Origin: Patescibacteria group bacterium
GTDB taxonomy: Bacteria; Patescibacteriota; Minisyncoccia; Phycocordibacterales; CAIZLB01
DNA: 64,000 nt
Assembly (NCBI GenBank): GCA_040384445.1
Contig: JAZKJG010000001.1
Coordinates: 249,483 to 313,482, forward strand
Direction: 5' to 3'
Part shown: positions 1 through 9,704 of the stretch, piece after piece
How the letters are laid out: each line of letters starts with the position of its first letter
Position numbering within the stretch: position 1 is the first letter of the stretch
Program-made: the position numbers and the translations under genes
The notes under the pieces: model-generated
What the model saw: only the letters and a program-made list of their open reading frames with translations
Told to the model about the DNA's origin: nothing
The model's database searches: none

Positions 1-633
1 ATCAGGGTATGCTGCAAGAATATCTTTAATATCATTTAAATCTTGTATATTTCGTACAAATGAGTGAATGATGAAGTCGATATTATTTTTTGCACAGAAG
101 TGAATAAATCCAACATCTTTAGGAGTAAGTGAAGGTAAATTTATATGTACGTTTGGAATATTTAAACTTTTCTTTGTCTTAATAAGACCACTATTTTGCA
201 CAACACACTTAAGTCCTCCTTCAACAATTTCTTCTACTATAAATGAAATTGAGTTATCGTCATAACTAATAAGTTCTCCTACTGGAATTTCATTATGAAA
301 ATTTGGATAATCAACTCCGATAATCATTTCTCCTGTCTTTGTTAAATCTCCTGTAAAGATTACGTGGTCTCCTTTTTTCACTTCGAAAGGAATTTCTACA
401 CCCTTAGTTCTTGTTTCTGGACCTTTTGTATCTAGGAGAATACACATTTTTGAATCAGAAGCTGCTCTAATATTTGCAACTACACCAATAGCCTCTTCCT
501 CACCTTGGTGAGCGGTGTTAAGCCATGTTACATCGATTCCAGCATCAATAAGCTTTGTAATGTATTCTGGTGCTGCATTGTTGTCTGCAATTTTTGCAAT
601 AATTTTAGATTTTCTTCCGTGTGTCTTTATCAT
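1..633 (-). CDS. pyk: Pyruvate kinase (runs off left edge)
   Basis: Hand translation MIKTHGRKSKIIAKIAD...WLNTAHQ...LLDTKGPETRT...DFIIHSFVRN; not in the ORF track because it is truncated. Confidence 0.88.
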   Translation of the reverse strand, partial: MIKTHGRKSKIIAKIADNNAAPEYITKLIDAGIDVTWLNTAHQGEEEAIGVVANIRAASDSKMCILLDTKGPETRTKGVEIPFEVKKGDHVIFTGDLTKTGEMIIGVDYPNFHNEIPVGELISYDDNSISFIVEEIVEGGLKCVVQNSGLIKTKKSLNIPNVHINLPSLTPKDVGFIHFCAKNNIDFIIHSFVRNIQDLNDIKDILAAYPD

Positions 634-696
634 AATTGTAATTTATTTTGAGTAAGGCTCTATAGTACTACAATTTTCAAATTTTTACCAGCTCTT

Positions 697-2481
697 CTAT
701 CTGTCTGGTGGAAGTTCATAATATTGGATCAAGAAATCTGTAAGGTCCAAGAATGAATTTGCAAGTGATTCAGATGAATATTGACTCACTTTTGGATCAA
801 CCGTGTACATAAAGACAATAAATCGTGGCTTATAAGCCGGAAAGAACCCAATGAACGTATGTATATTTTTTCCTTCTATGTATCCCCCGTTCTGTGATGC
901 AATCTGAGCAGTTCCTGTTTTGGCTGCAATCGAGTATCGTGGATTTTTTCTTTTACCATCAAGAAGTGCCTTATCAACATTTTCTACCAACATACTTCGA
1001 ATCTCATCAATCGTAGAAGCTTTAAGCACAGCTTTGTCTGGATCTAGCTTTAGAATAGGTGTTGTATCAAAAGTTCCAACTGAATGTTTTACTTTTTGTA
1101 CTACATGCGGATTAATCAAATGACCCCCATTTGCAAGCACTGAGAGCGCACGGATGGTTCCAACCGGTGTCATAGCAATACCTTGTCCAAAAGATGCTGT
1201 AGCGTGCTCTACATCGCCTTTGTCGAGGTTCTTAGTAAGTGGTGCAGACTCATCTGGTAAATCGATATTTGTTTTCTCCCCTAATCCAAAACTCTTAAAG
1301 TATTTTGTAAGTGTGTCATTTCCGACAAGTTGTGCAATACGGATGAATCCAGTGTTCAAAGATTTTGATAATGCTTCTTGGTATGTAATAACACCTCGTC
1401 CTTTTTTATCGAAGTTATACATCGTTCTATCTCGAACTTTTACAAACCCTTCGTCATTATAGGTTGTCTGCGCGTGAACTTTTCCTGTGTCAATTCCAAC
1501 AGCCATTGTCAGTGGTTTGATAATAGATCCCATTTCATGAGAACTTTCAACCATGTCATTTTTATAAATAGAAATATCAGTAATCTTTTTTGTGTCTTCA
1601 GGATTAAAGGTAGGAGTTTGTGCGAGAGCAAAAATTTCTCCAGTATACGGATCCATGATAATTGCTCCAGTCAAATCTGAGCTTTGTTTTGCTTGTACTG
1701 CAGCAACTGTCTGCTGTAATTCTTTTTGAACCGTAGGCTCGATTGTCGTGTATACATCGCCTTCAAGATTACCGCTATCTGCTATGATTTTTTTTGCTCC
1801 AGAAAATAGCTCAGCAAAAAAGTTTGTGTATGCTGAATTTCCTCTCACTAGAGTTTTCTCATATTGTTTCTCCAAACCATATCGACCTGCAAGTGAATCA
1901 CCTTTGTATCCAAGCAAGCCAATCACGTGTGGCGCTAGATCACCTCCTGGATAATATCTATCTTTCTCTTTCGCAACCCCGAGATAGGATAGTTTTAATT
2001 CTTTGATTTTCGTAACCTGCTCCTCTGATATGTCTTCAGTTATCTCTTCATATGGATCTTGTGGTTTGTTTTTGATGCCCGCAAAAGAATCAGAGTTAAC
2101 AGGTTTTGACGTTGTGCCTAGCGCAGCAACTATTCTAACTTGCAAATCAGACAAAGCATCTCCCACAGAGGTAATCACCTGTCCATCCTTATTTTTATAT
2201 CCATTTTTTGAAACAAGTACATGAAAAGATTTAGCATTGATATACAACACGTAGTTCGACCTTACTGTCGCAACAGCAACTGCAACACCATCTTTGGTGG
2301 TTACATAAATACTCCCTCTGTCTACAAATGCATTTGTCTTTTTTACATATTGCTTATCTGCAAGGTCCACGTAGGTCTCATGACGCGCAACTTGCACAAC
2401 ATACAATCTAAAAATTAAAACAAAACCAGCACAAAGACATAATAGAGATATAATACGAGCTCTAAAGATAAAAACGTTCAT
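697..2481 (-). CDS. ftsI: Class B penicillin-binding protein (FtsI/PBP2-like transpeptidase)
   Basis: N-terminal TM, GSIIKP (SxxK), SLN (SxN), KTGTAQ; follows mraZ-rsmH-ftsL. Confidence 0.9.
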   Translation of the reverse strand: MNVFIFRARIISLLCLCAGFVLIFRLYVVQVARHETYVDLADKQYVKKTNAFVDRGSIYVTTKDGVAVAVATVRSNYVLYINAKSFHVLVSKNGYKNKDGQVITSVGDALSDLQVRIVAALGTTSKPVNSDSFAGIKNKPQDPYEEITEDISEEQVTKIKELKLSYLGVAKEKDRYYPGGDLAPHVIGLLGYKGDSLAGRYGLEKQYEKTLVRGNSAYTNFFAELFSGAKKIIADSGNLEGDVYTTIEPTVQKELQQTVAAVQAKQSSDLTGAIIMDPYTGEIFALAQTPTFNPEDTKKITDISIYKNDMVESSHEMGSIIKPLTMAVGIDTGKVHAQTTYNDEGFVKVRDRTMYNFDKKGRGVITYQEALSKSLNTGFIRIAQLVGNDTLTKYFKSFGLGEKTNIDLPDESAPLTKNLDKGDVEHATASFGQGIAMTPVGTIRALSVLANGGHLINPHVVQKVKHSVGTFDTTPILKLDPDKAVLKASTIDEIRSMLVENVDKALLDGKRKNPRYSIAAKTGTAQIASQNGGYIEGKNIHTFIGFFPAYKPRFIVFMYTVDPKVSQYSSESLANSFLDLTDFLIQYYELPPDR

Positions 2482-2492
2482 ACAATATAAAT

Positions 2493-2801
2493 TTATCGAA
2501 CAGCCAATGCAACATCCTTCACAGTATCAATATATGCAACTGCCCCTGTACTTCTTTCATACCCAAGCGCGAGTGCAGTTTCTACATCAATTGTAGAAGT
2601 TTTTTGAATATATTCATGTTCTTTCTGACCAACTACTGCCTGTAGTTCTGAAAAAGCAATTTGTTCTCTTTCATAATGTGAAGCAATAGTCACTGTTTTA
2701 TATACGCACACAATATACGTACATGAGAGAAGTATTATTAATGAAAATAACGCGGAAGTTCGGTTAATTTTTGCTAGTAATTTATATATATTTTTTTTCA
2801 T
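2493..2801 (-). CDS. FtsL-like single-pass cell division protein
   Basis: TM plus coiled coil ending ALALG; lies between rsmH and ftsI. Confidence 0.6.
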   Translation of the reverse strand: MKKNIYKLLAKINRTSALFSLIILLSCTYIVCVYKTVTIASHYEREQIAFSELQAVVGQKEHEYIQKTSTIDVETALALGYERSTGAVAYIDTVKDVALAVR

Positions 2802-3706
2802 TTGTTTTTAAATATTCTTAGTTTTGCGCTTCGTGATCTCGGATTTAATTCGATCTCAGTCGCGGTAGGCAGTATAACTTTTTTATTCAAGCGTATCCCT
2901 AACCCTTCCTCTTCATATTTCTTAAACATATTCTTAACAATTCTGTCTTCAAGACTGTGGTAGCTTATGACGATTATTTTTCCTTCAGGAGCAAGAAGTT
3001 TCTGTGCATATTCCAACCCCTTCTCAAGAACTTGTAGTTCACCATTTACAGTGATTCTAATAGCTTGAAATGTTTTAGTTGCTGGATGGATTCCCCCTTT
3101 TCTTTTTACAACGCTTTCGATTAGGTCCGCTAGTTGTTTTGAAGTCTTGATTGGATTGATTTCTCGTGCCGCCTCGATTGCTTTGGCAATCTTCCAAGCA
3201 GACTGTTCTTCTGCATATGTTCGAAGGATAAGTGCAATGTTGTCTGGTGACCAACTGTTTACAATATCGTATGCAGTAAGTATGTCCCCTTGTTCATCTG
3301 TCAGTACATCTGTTGAGAATCTCATATCTAGAGGCTCGTCATATTTGAATGAAAACCCTCTTTCAGATGGACCAAGTTGATATGTACTTAGTCCGAGATC
3401 AAACAAGATACTGTCAAATGTTCCTTCATGCTCTTTTCCAATCAATGGTTCCAATTCTCCAAAATTTCCTTTGTGAATCGTTAATCGATCTTTTAAAGAT
3501 GTAATCTTTTTGTTTTGTTGTAAAAAGTTCTGGGCTCGTTCTATTGCGTTCTCATCTGCATCTATTGCATGTACATGGACGTTTGGATTTTGTACAAGAA
3601 GTTCTTCTACATGTCCTCCGTCTCCAAAGTTACAGTCTAAGTGAATCTTTGAGTCTGCACATAGTTCTGTAATTTCTTTCAGTAATACTGGAATGTGTCG
3701 TGTCAT
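2798..3706 (-). CDS. rsmH: 16S rRNA m4C1402 methyltransferase
   Basis: HIPVLL, DLGLS, RGFSF, PLDMR, HPATKTFQAIRI, SYHSLEDR, NPRSRSAKLR. Confidence 0.97.
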   Translation of the reverse strand: MTRHIPVLLKEITELCADSKIHLDCNFGDGGHVEELLVQNPNVHVHAIDADENAIERAQNFLQQNKKITSLKDRLTIHKGNFGELEPLIGKEHEGTFDSILFDLGLSTYQLGPSERGFSFKYDEPLDMRFSTDVLTDEQGDILTAYDIVNSWSPDNIALILRTYAEEQSAWKIAKAIEAAREINPIKTSKQLADLIESVVKRKGGIHPATKTFQAIRITVNGELQVLEKGLEYAQKLLAPEGKIIVISYHSLEDRIVKNMFKKYEEEGLGIRLNKKVILPTATEIELNPRSRSAKLRIFKNK

Positions 3707-3714
3707 ATAGTTGC

Positions 3715-4173
3715 TTAGAGTACACCAATTTCTCCTAATTTTGCAGCGAGGCTATCAGCTTCCTTCAAAATTCTTTCTTTATACACTTTCCACTTCTTCT
3801 CCTCCCAAATCTCAACTCTTGTATGAACTCCGGTAAATACAAGTTTTTGAGAACTTTTCTTATCTCCCGATGCATCTAGTCCCATATAATCTTTCAAAAA
3901 ATCTGGCATCAATATTCTTCCTGCACTATCAACTTCAACTTCTACTGCTCCTGCGAGCATAATTCGGTTGAAAGCTCTCGTATCAGGATTCAACATGGAC
4001 ATTTTTCCAAGTTGAGCGGCGATATTTGCCCACTCACTCAATGTAAACATGAACAGACAGCTGTCGAGACCGTGTGTGATTATAACGTTCTTTCCAAGCT
4101 CTTTTCTGAACTTAGAAGGAAGTGATAAACGTTTTTTTTCATCTAATGTGTGTGTAAATTCTCCTATGAACAT
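3715..4173 (-). CDS. mraZ: MraZ transcriptional regulator
   Basis: MFIGEFTHTLDEKKRLSLP, VDSAGRI, RVEIW. Confidence 0.96.
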   Translation of the reverse strand: MFIGEFTHTLDEKKRLSLPSKFRKELGKNVIITHGLDSCLFMFTLSEWANIAAQLGKMSMLNPDTRAFNRIMLAGAVEVEVDSAGRILMPDFLKDYMGLDASGDKKSSQKLVFTGVHTRVEIWEEKKWKVYKERILKEADSLAAKLGEIGVL

Positions 4174-4190
4174 ATGCTTTTTAAGTGGTC

Positions 4191-4230
4191 TACCACTTTA
4201 TCCCACTTGATACCATTTTATACCACTTCA
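4191..4230 (-). promoter_or_regulatory. MraZ operator: four 10-bp repeats (AAGTGG core on minus strand)
   Basis: taccacttta-tcccacttga-taccatttta-taccacttca directly upstream of mraZ, matching GTGG repeats with 10-nt period. Confidence 0.85.
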
Positions 4231-4366
4231 TGGGATTTGCAAATAGACATTACGGGGGTTTTGTGTGGGAATGTTGGGTTTTGATGATTATTTTTGTTTT
4301 GGTGCGAAAGTTGACAAAATTACTAAGGAATGATATTTTAAATAAGCACCTTTAACCTTTAAAAAT

Positions 4367-4690
4367 ATGCTCGGGGCATTTATTCAACTTTACGAAGACA
4401 ATAAACGCAAATCAGATTACTGTTCCAAAATCACGAAAATCAAACATTCACCAGAAAGAAAGATCAAAAAAGTAGTTCAAACCCTGAAAACATGGATCGA
4501 TGGGAAATATGAAAAGGGCTTAACAAAAAGAGAAGTAATTTCAGAGGTATATATTTGGGTTGTTACAGTCATGATCCAAAAGTATTACAAAGATCAACCT
4601 GAAGGTTCTGAATATGAGGAAACTTTTTACTGTGAGACTAAAGAAGCAGCTGAAAGAAAAGTTCCTGGTCATTCATGGAGTGGATTTTAA
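4367..4690 (+). CDS. Orphan hypothetical protein (cassette)
   Basis: 107 aa ORF with upstream TTGACA (4312) and its own terminator. Confidence 0.65.
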   Translation: MLGAFIQLYEDNKRKSDYCSKITKIKHSPERKIKKVVQTLKTWIDGKYEKGLTKREVISEVYIWVVTVMIQKYYKDQPEGSEYEETFYCETKEAAERKVPGHSWSGF

Positions 4691-4715
4691 TTCTTTCTCA
4701 ATATCACAAACAAAC

Positions 4716-4750
4716 CACTAGAGGAGAATCCTCTAGTGTGTTTTTATTTT
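4716..4750 (+). terminator. Intrinsic terminator
   Basis: cactagagga-gaa-tcctctagtg followed by T tract. Confidence 0.8.
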
Positions 4751-4755
4751 ACCTC

Positions 4756-5223
4756 CTACCGTCCCCCTCCATTCTCAATCATCTTCTCAATCACAGACAA
4801 ATGCGTGATCAAATCAGTTTTCGGAATCCCTTTCGCTAAAAATTTCATATGGACCCTTAATTCAACTTCAACTTTCTCAACAAACTTTCTTCCTTTAGCA
4901 GTTATAAACACATTCTTAGCTCTACTATCTAGTGGATCAGACTTAGTTTCTACCAACTCCTTTTTCGTTAACTCACGAACTAACACAGTAACAAAAGGAG
5001 GTTCTACAATCAATTCATCTGACAATGCACTGAACCTTAAACCTTTTTCGTCATCATATAAAATTCCAAGGAGTGCCCAATCAATTGTGGATATATTATG
5101 CTCAAGCAACTTTTCACCAGTGATCACTTTTAAAAGTCTATACACTTTTGCATGCAAAAGACCTACCCTATAGGTAGTTCGATGCTTTATTGCAGTTTGT
5201 ATTTTTTTAACGAGATCAAACAT
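4756..5223 (-). CDS. MarR family regulator
   Basis: wHTH with DSRAKNVFITAKG (DxR...lTxxG). Confidence 0.85.
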   Translation of the reverse strand: MFDLVKKIQTAIKHRTTYRVGLLHAKVYRLLKVITGEKLLEHNISTIDWALLGILYDDEKGLRFSALSDELIVEPPFVTVLVRELTKKELVETKSDPLDSRAKNVFITAKGRKFVEKVEVELRVHMKFLAKGIPKTDLITHLSVIEKMIENGGGR

Positions 5224-5226
5224 AAT

Positions 5227-5691
5227 TTACTGTATCGTATCAGGTATAAATTTTAAGGCAAGACCATTAATACAATATCGAAGTCCTGTTGGAGTTTGAG
5301 GAGCATCATTAAATACATGTCCAAGGTGGCTTTTACATTTTGCAGAAATAATCTCTGTTCTATCCCCATCTGCCCGTTCTTCTACAGAACTTGATGCAAT
5401 CGGAGCCCAGAAACTTGGCCATCCTGTTCCTGTTTCAAACTTTTGTTCTGATCTAAACACTGGTTCGTTACAGTCAGCAGTTACATATGTTCCTTTTCGT
5501 TTTTCATATAGTAGATCACTCGTAAACGGACGCTCTGTTGCACCTTCTTTAAGAACTGCATATTGTGCTGGAGTGAGTGAAGAATCTACACTTTTAACTT
5601 CTGAAGGATTTTTGTGTATTCTTGACACAATAAAACCGAGTTGAACAATAACTATGACTATAAGTATTATTTTGATGAATTTTGATTGCAT
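5227..5691 (-). CDS. msrB: Methionine-R-sulfoxide reductase with N-terminal anchor
   Basis: TERPF, GTGWPSF, HLGHVF, RYCING; alternative start at 5703. Confidence 0.95.
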   Translation of the reverse strand: MQSKFIKIILIVIVIVQLGFIVSRIHKNPSEVKSVDSSLTPAQYAVLKEGATERPFTSDLLYEKRKGTYVTADCNEPVFRSEQKFETGTGWPSFWAPIASSSVEERADGDRTEIISAKCKSHLGHVFNDAPQTPTGLRYCINGLALKFIPDTIQ

Positions 5692-5706
5692 ATATATGTG
5701 CATTAA

Positions 5707-7374
5707 TTAACCGAATGTAAATGTGAATGCTTCAAGTCCTGGAGAACCTGTTCGAATCTCAAGCGTATGTTCTCCATATTCATTTCCATCAACTAGTGTA
5801 TATAGTTCATTTGCCTGAATCACAATATCTTTCACCTTTTTTCCATCTATATATATCTCAGTTGTAATTGGTTTCTCTGAACTTGCAACCATATATACAC
5901 TTCTTGCATCATACTTGTACAAAATTTTTCCTTTAGTTTTTGACATGGCTGATTCCGGAGTAAAATTCCATGTTCCTTCTAGATACAGTTTATTTTTAAT
6001 TATTGTCTGTGGGATTACAAATGTCTGAGTACCCAACACTCCAGCTTTACCATTTTCAAGAACCAAGTTTCTTGCAGAACCAAAGTACACCTCCTTACTA
6101 TTCACTCTTGAAGACTCATAGTTCATCACATTATTAGGATTTACGATATCAGTTGGAATCTTTATTTCAGGTCTCGTAGCATTTAATTTAAGCAATGCCA
6201 TTTGAATTGCTCTCTCTGTTTCAAGATATTCACCTTCACCAATATGGTCATATACGATATTCCCCTCTTCATCAATCAAATATTTTCGTGGCCAATATTG
6301 ATTTCCATATGCATTCCAAGTCTGATATGAGTTATCCAACACTACTGGATGTTTTACGTTAAATTTTCGAACTGCCTCTTCTACATTTTTCTCAACTTTT
6401 TCAAATGCAAATTCTGGCGTATGAAGGCCTATCACAACTAATCCTTTATCTTTATATTTTTCATACCACGCGTTTACATACGGAAGCGTTCTCTGACAAT
6501 TAATACAACTATACGTCCACACATCAAGGAGAATCACTTTTTTACCCTTAAACTCTGCAATAGTTATTGGCTGACCATCAGTATTTATATACCCATCTGG
6601 ACTCACAAGTTCTGGTGCCACGGTTCCAATAACTTCAGAATTATTCTTTTTATCTAGTGATAAGATTTTCTGTTCAACTTTTGTAACATCAAACAATCCA
6701 GCATCAAGAATACTTCTTTGAATCTTCTTATCTATTCCAAACATGATTCCCACTCCAACAATAATAAACAGAACACCAAGTCCTTTTTTAAACCATCCGT
6801 TAGGATCTGCCAGATTTCCAAGCTTACCAACAAACCTTTGTCCTACAAACGCAATAAGGAGAAGCATTCCCGATAAACCAATCGTATATACCACAAGGCA
6901 AAGTAGTCCAAATAAAAATGATTGTGGCAATACTGTTGCTAAAATAACAAAATATGTTGGACTACATGTTGAGAATACTGGACCTAAAGATGCTCCAATA
7001 ATAATGTCACCGTACGTACTCTCTTTATTTGAACCGATATTCATTACCTTGTTTGACTTCAAGGAGAGTTTATTTACAAAACGAAGTCTATCCCACAGAT
7101 TTGGAAACAAACTGATCAATCCAAATACAATAATAATTGTTCCGGAAATTATTGCCCAAACTGTTGGAGGAATATCAATAAACGCAGTACTTACTTTCAG
7201 AATGAGAGTAAAAATAATAATCGATGCTGCAAGAGAGCCTGCAATAACAAATGCTTTCTTTCTGTTATTTACTCCAGATACAGTACTTCCAATAATAATC
7301 GGTAGAATTGGCAGTGTACATGGGGCAAGTATTGTGAGAACTCCTGCGATAAATGAAATAAGTAGTAATATCAT
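5707..7374 (-). CDS. dipZ: DipZ-like CcdA/DsbD membrane domain + thioredoxin fusion
   Basis: APCTLPILP and FSTCSP in the TM domain; WTYSCINC, HTPEFAFE, C-terminal FTFG. Confidence 0.88.
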   Translation of the reverse strand: MILLLISFIAGVLTILAPCTLPILPIIIGSTVSGVNNRKKAFVIAGSLAASIIIFTLILKVSTAFIDIPPTVWAIISGTIIIVFGLISLFPNLWDRLRFVNKLSLKSNKVMNIGSNKESTYGDIIIGASLGPVFSTCSPTYFVILATVLPQSFLFGLLCLVVYTIGLSGMLLLIAFVGQRFVGKLGNLADPNGWFKKGLGVLFIIVGVGIMFGIDKKIQRSILDAGLFDVTKVEQKILSLDKKNNSEVIGTVAPELVSPDGYINTDGQPITIAEFKGKKVILLDVWTYSCINCQRTLPYVNAWYEKYKDKGLVVIGLHTPEFAFEKVEKNVEEAVRKFNVKHPVVLDNSYQTWNAYGNQYWPRKYLIDEEGNIVYDHIGEGEYLETERAIQMALLKLNATRPEIKIPTDIVNPNNVMNYESSRVNSKEVYFGSARNLVLENGKAGVLGTQTFVIPQTIIKNKLYLEGTWNFTPESAMSKTKGKILYKYDARSVYMVASSEKPITTEIYIDGKKVKDIVIQANELYTLVDGNEYGEHTLEIRTGSPGLEAFTFTFG

Positions 7375-7446
7375 ATGTTTATTATAATGTTGTTAATCAT
7401 CAAGACCAAACGTCATAATCGATTGATCTTGATTCAAACAACAATA

Positions 7447-8058
7447 CTATTTAGTTGGCATCAACACAGAGTCGATCACAAATGTAACTCCATTCGAAGA
7501 AATTACATCTGCTGTCTCAACCATTGCTGTTCCATTAACAGTAAGTTGTCCGCTAGCTGATTTTCCAATCTTAAGTGACTCACCCTGAACTGTTTTAAGC
7601 ATCATCCCATCCTTAAGATCTGCTGAAGTATATCTTCCTGCTACAACGTGGTACGTAAGGATATTTGTAAGTTTTGCTTTGTTCTCTGGTTTTACCAAAG
7701 TTTCAACTGTTCCTGCTGGAAGTTTTGCAAAGGCAGCGTTTGTTGGAGCGAAAACCGTAAATGGTCCAGCACTCTTTAATGTATCAACCAATCCAGCTGC
7801 TTTAACAGCTGCAACCACTGTTGTTACATTACTTGCATTCATAGCATTATCTACAATATCTTTACTTTTCACCATCATAGCTCCACCAACCATCACCCCT
7901 TCTTCTCTTGTCATCACTTCACCACTATTATTATCCATCATAGAATTATTCATCATACTGTTTGATTCCATCATTTTATCGTCTTTGTTCAATAGAACTA
8001 ATCCGATAATTCCAAGTATAACGATAATTATGATTGTTATTGTAGTTTCTTTTGACAT
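7447..8058 (-). CDS. Fasciclin (FAS1) domain protein
   Basis: GPFTVFAPTNAAF, ILTYHVV, NGVTFVIDSVLMP. Confidence 0.93.
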   Translation of the reverse strand: MSKETTITIIIIVILGIIGLVLLNKDDKMMESNSMMNNSMMDNNSGEVMTREEGVMVGGAMMVKSKDIVDNAMNASNVTTVVAAVKAAGLVDTLKSAGPFTVFAPTNAAFAKLPAGTVETLVKPENKAKLTNILTYHVVAGRYTSADLKDGMMLKTVQGESLKIGKSASGQLTVNGTAMVETADVISSNGVTFVIDSVLMPTK

Positions 8059-8195
8059 AGTTTTGGATATTAATTTAATTATTAAAAGTTTATAGTACTT
8101 AAGTAGATACTTAAGTAACTTAACTATATCCTTTTTGCGTATTAAAAGCTATGTATTTTGTTGTGAAGAATTTTTATGACACTAAAATTTAATTC

Positions 8196-9116
8196 TTACC
8201 ACCCTCCACTACTCCCTCCTCCACCGGAACTTCCACCTCCTCCTGAAAATCCTCCACCCCCACCACTTCTTCCTCCCGATCCTGACATCCCTCCCCAGAA
8301 TCCACCTCCACCCCTAGATTTTTTTATACTTTTTTGCAGTGCATCCAGTATTTTCTCTGAAAAAGATGATTTACCAGAAAAGAACGCATCCACAATCAAC
8401 CCGAGTAATGCAATAATAAAGACAAATACTGTTTGAGTAATAATAAACAACACTACAGAAAGTATAAGCCCCAGAAAAAACCCTAACCATACAGATCTAG
8501 ATTTTGACATTGCCACAAGAATTGAAACAATAACTGTCACAAGTGAAGAAAGTATAAAGAATATGAAAAATAAAACACCAAACCAATCACTCGGATTCAC
8601 ATTTAACCCCTCATCCGCCACATATGCCTCACCACGCGACACAATATCAATCATTCTATCAACAGCATCATTCACCCCCTTCCCATAATCTCCAGCTTGA
8701 AAAGCCGGTGTTACATTTTCCCTTCTTATAATATCCGTCAATGAATCTGGCATTACCCCTTCAAGCCCATAACCAACTTCAAATCTATTCTTTCTATCTT
8801 CAAGCGAAATCAAAAACAATAATCCATTATTCTTATCCTTCTGCCCAATTTCATTATTTTGAAACAGCTCATATGCAAATGTCTCAATAGTCTGATCCGA
8901 TGGAAGTTTAGGAATTGTTACCACAACTATCTGGTTCGATGTAGATGCGTTAAATGAAGCCAGCTTACTCTCTATAACAGCCTGTACGTCGTCAGGAATC
9001 ATGTTTGCAGTATCTGTGACAAACATACTCAACTTCATATCAACACCTTGCGCAGAGACATCTACAACAAAAAAACTGCATACACTCAATATGGTAATGT
9101 ATAGCAGTTTTTTCAT
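8196..9116 (-). CDS. TPM domain membrane protein (YgcG-like)
   Basis: QIVVVTI, EVGYGLEG, Gly-rich tail ending GGW; next to lemA. Confidence 0.92.
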   Translation of the reverse strand: MKKLLYITILSVCSFFVVDVSAQGVDMKLSMFVTDTANMIPDDVQAVIESKLASFNASTSNQIVVVTIPKLPSDQTIETFAYELFQNNEIGQKDKNNGLLFLISLEDRKNRFEVGYGLEGVMPDSLTDIIRRENVTPAFQAGDYGKGVNDAVDRMIDIVSRGEAYVADEGLNVNPSDWFGVLFFIFFILSSLVTVIVSILVAMSKSRSVWLGFFLGLILSVVLFIITQTVFVFIIALLGLIVDAFFSGKSSFSEKILDALQKSIKKSRGGGGFWGGMSGSGGRSGGGGGFSGGGGSSGGGGSSGGW

Positions 9117-9124
9117 AGTGTATT

Positions 9125-9676
9125 TTATAGATTAACTTCTGGTGCTACATCAGCTCCTCCTGCAGCTTCAAAGTATGGCTGTGCGTCAAATCCAAACATC
9201 GCAGCAAATATAGATCCAGGGAGTCTCTTTACCTTTAAGTTATAACTTTGAATCACAGAGTTGTATCCTTGTCTTTCAACCGCAATTCTGTTTTCAGTTC
9301 CTGCCAGTTCTACCATCAGAGTCTGAACTGCCTCGATAGATCGTAGTTGTGGATAATTTTCCATTACAACTAGTAGTCGAGATAGTGATGATTCTACTTG
9401 ATTTGCTGCCTGCACTTTATCAGCTTGAGTTGCCGCCCCGCTGTATCGTGTTCGAGCCTCAGCAAGAGCTGTGAATACTTCTGTTTCCTGCTTCATAACT
9501 CCTTGAACAGAGTTTACAAGGTTAGGAATAAGATCAAATCTTCTTTGATACTGATTTTCAACTTGTGCCCACTTGCTTGTATATTCTTCTCGTGAAGTTA
9601 CAAGTCCGTTATACGAACTTAACAAGACTAATCCGATAACTACAATAATTCCAATCCAAATGTATGTTTTTTTCAT
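9125..9676 (-). CDS. lemA: LemA family protein
   Basis: YQRRFDLIPNLV, ENYPQL, GTENRI. Confidence 0.95.
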   Translation of the reverse strand: MKKTYIWIGIIVVIGLVLLSSYNGLVTSREEYTSKWAQVENQYQRRFDLIPNLVNSVQGVMKQETEVFTALAEARTRYSGAATQADKVQAANQVESSLSRLLVVMENYPQLRSIEAVQTLMVELAGTENRIAVERQGYNSVIQSYNLKVKRLPGSIFAAMFGFDAQPYFEAAGGADVAPEVNL

Positions 9677-9704
9677 ACTTGGATTATAGCATAGGTGTCA
9701 AATA

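Noticed and set aside
8176-8436. Pro-rich plus-strand ORF and GGN repeats
   Set aside because: Antisense shadow of the Gly-rich tail typical of TPM proteins
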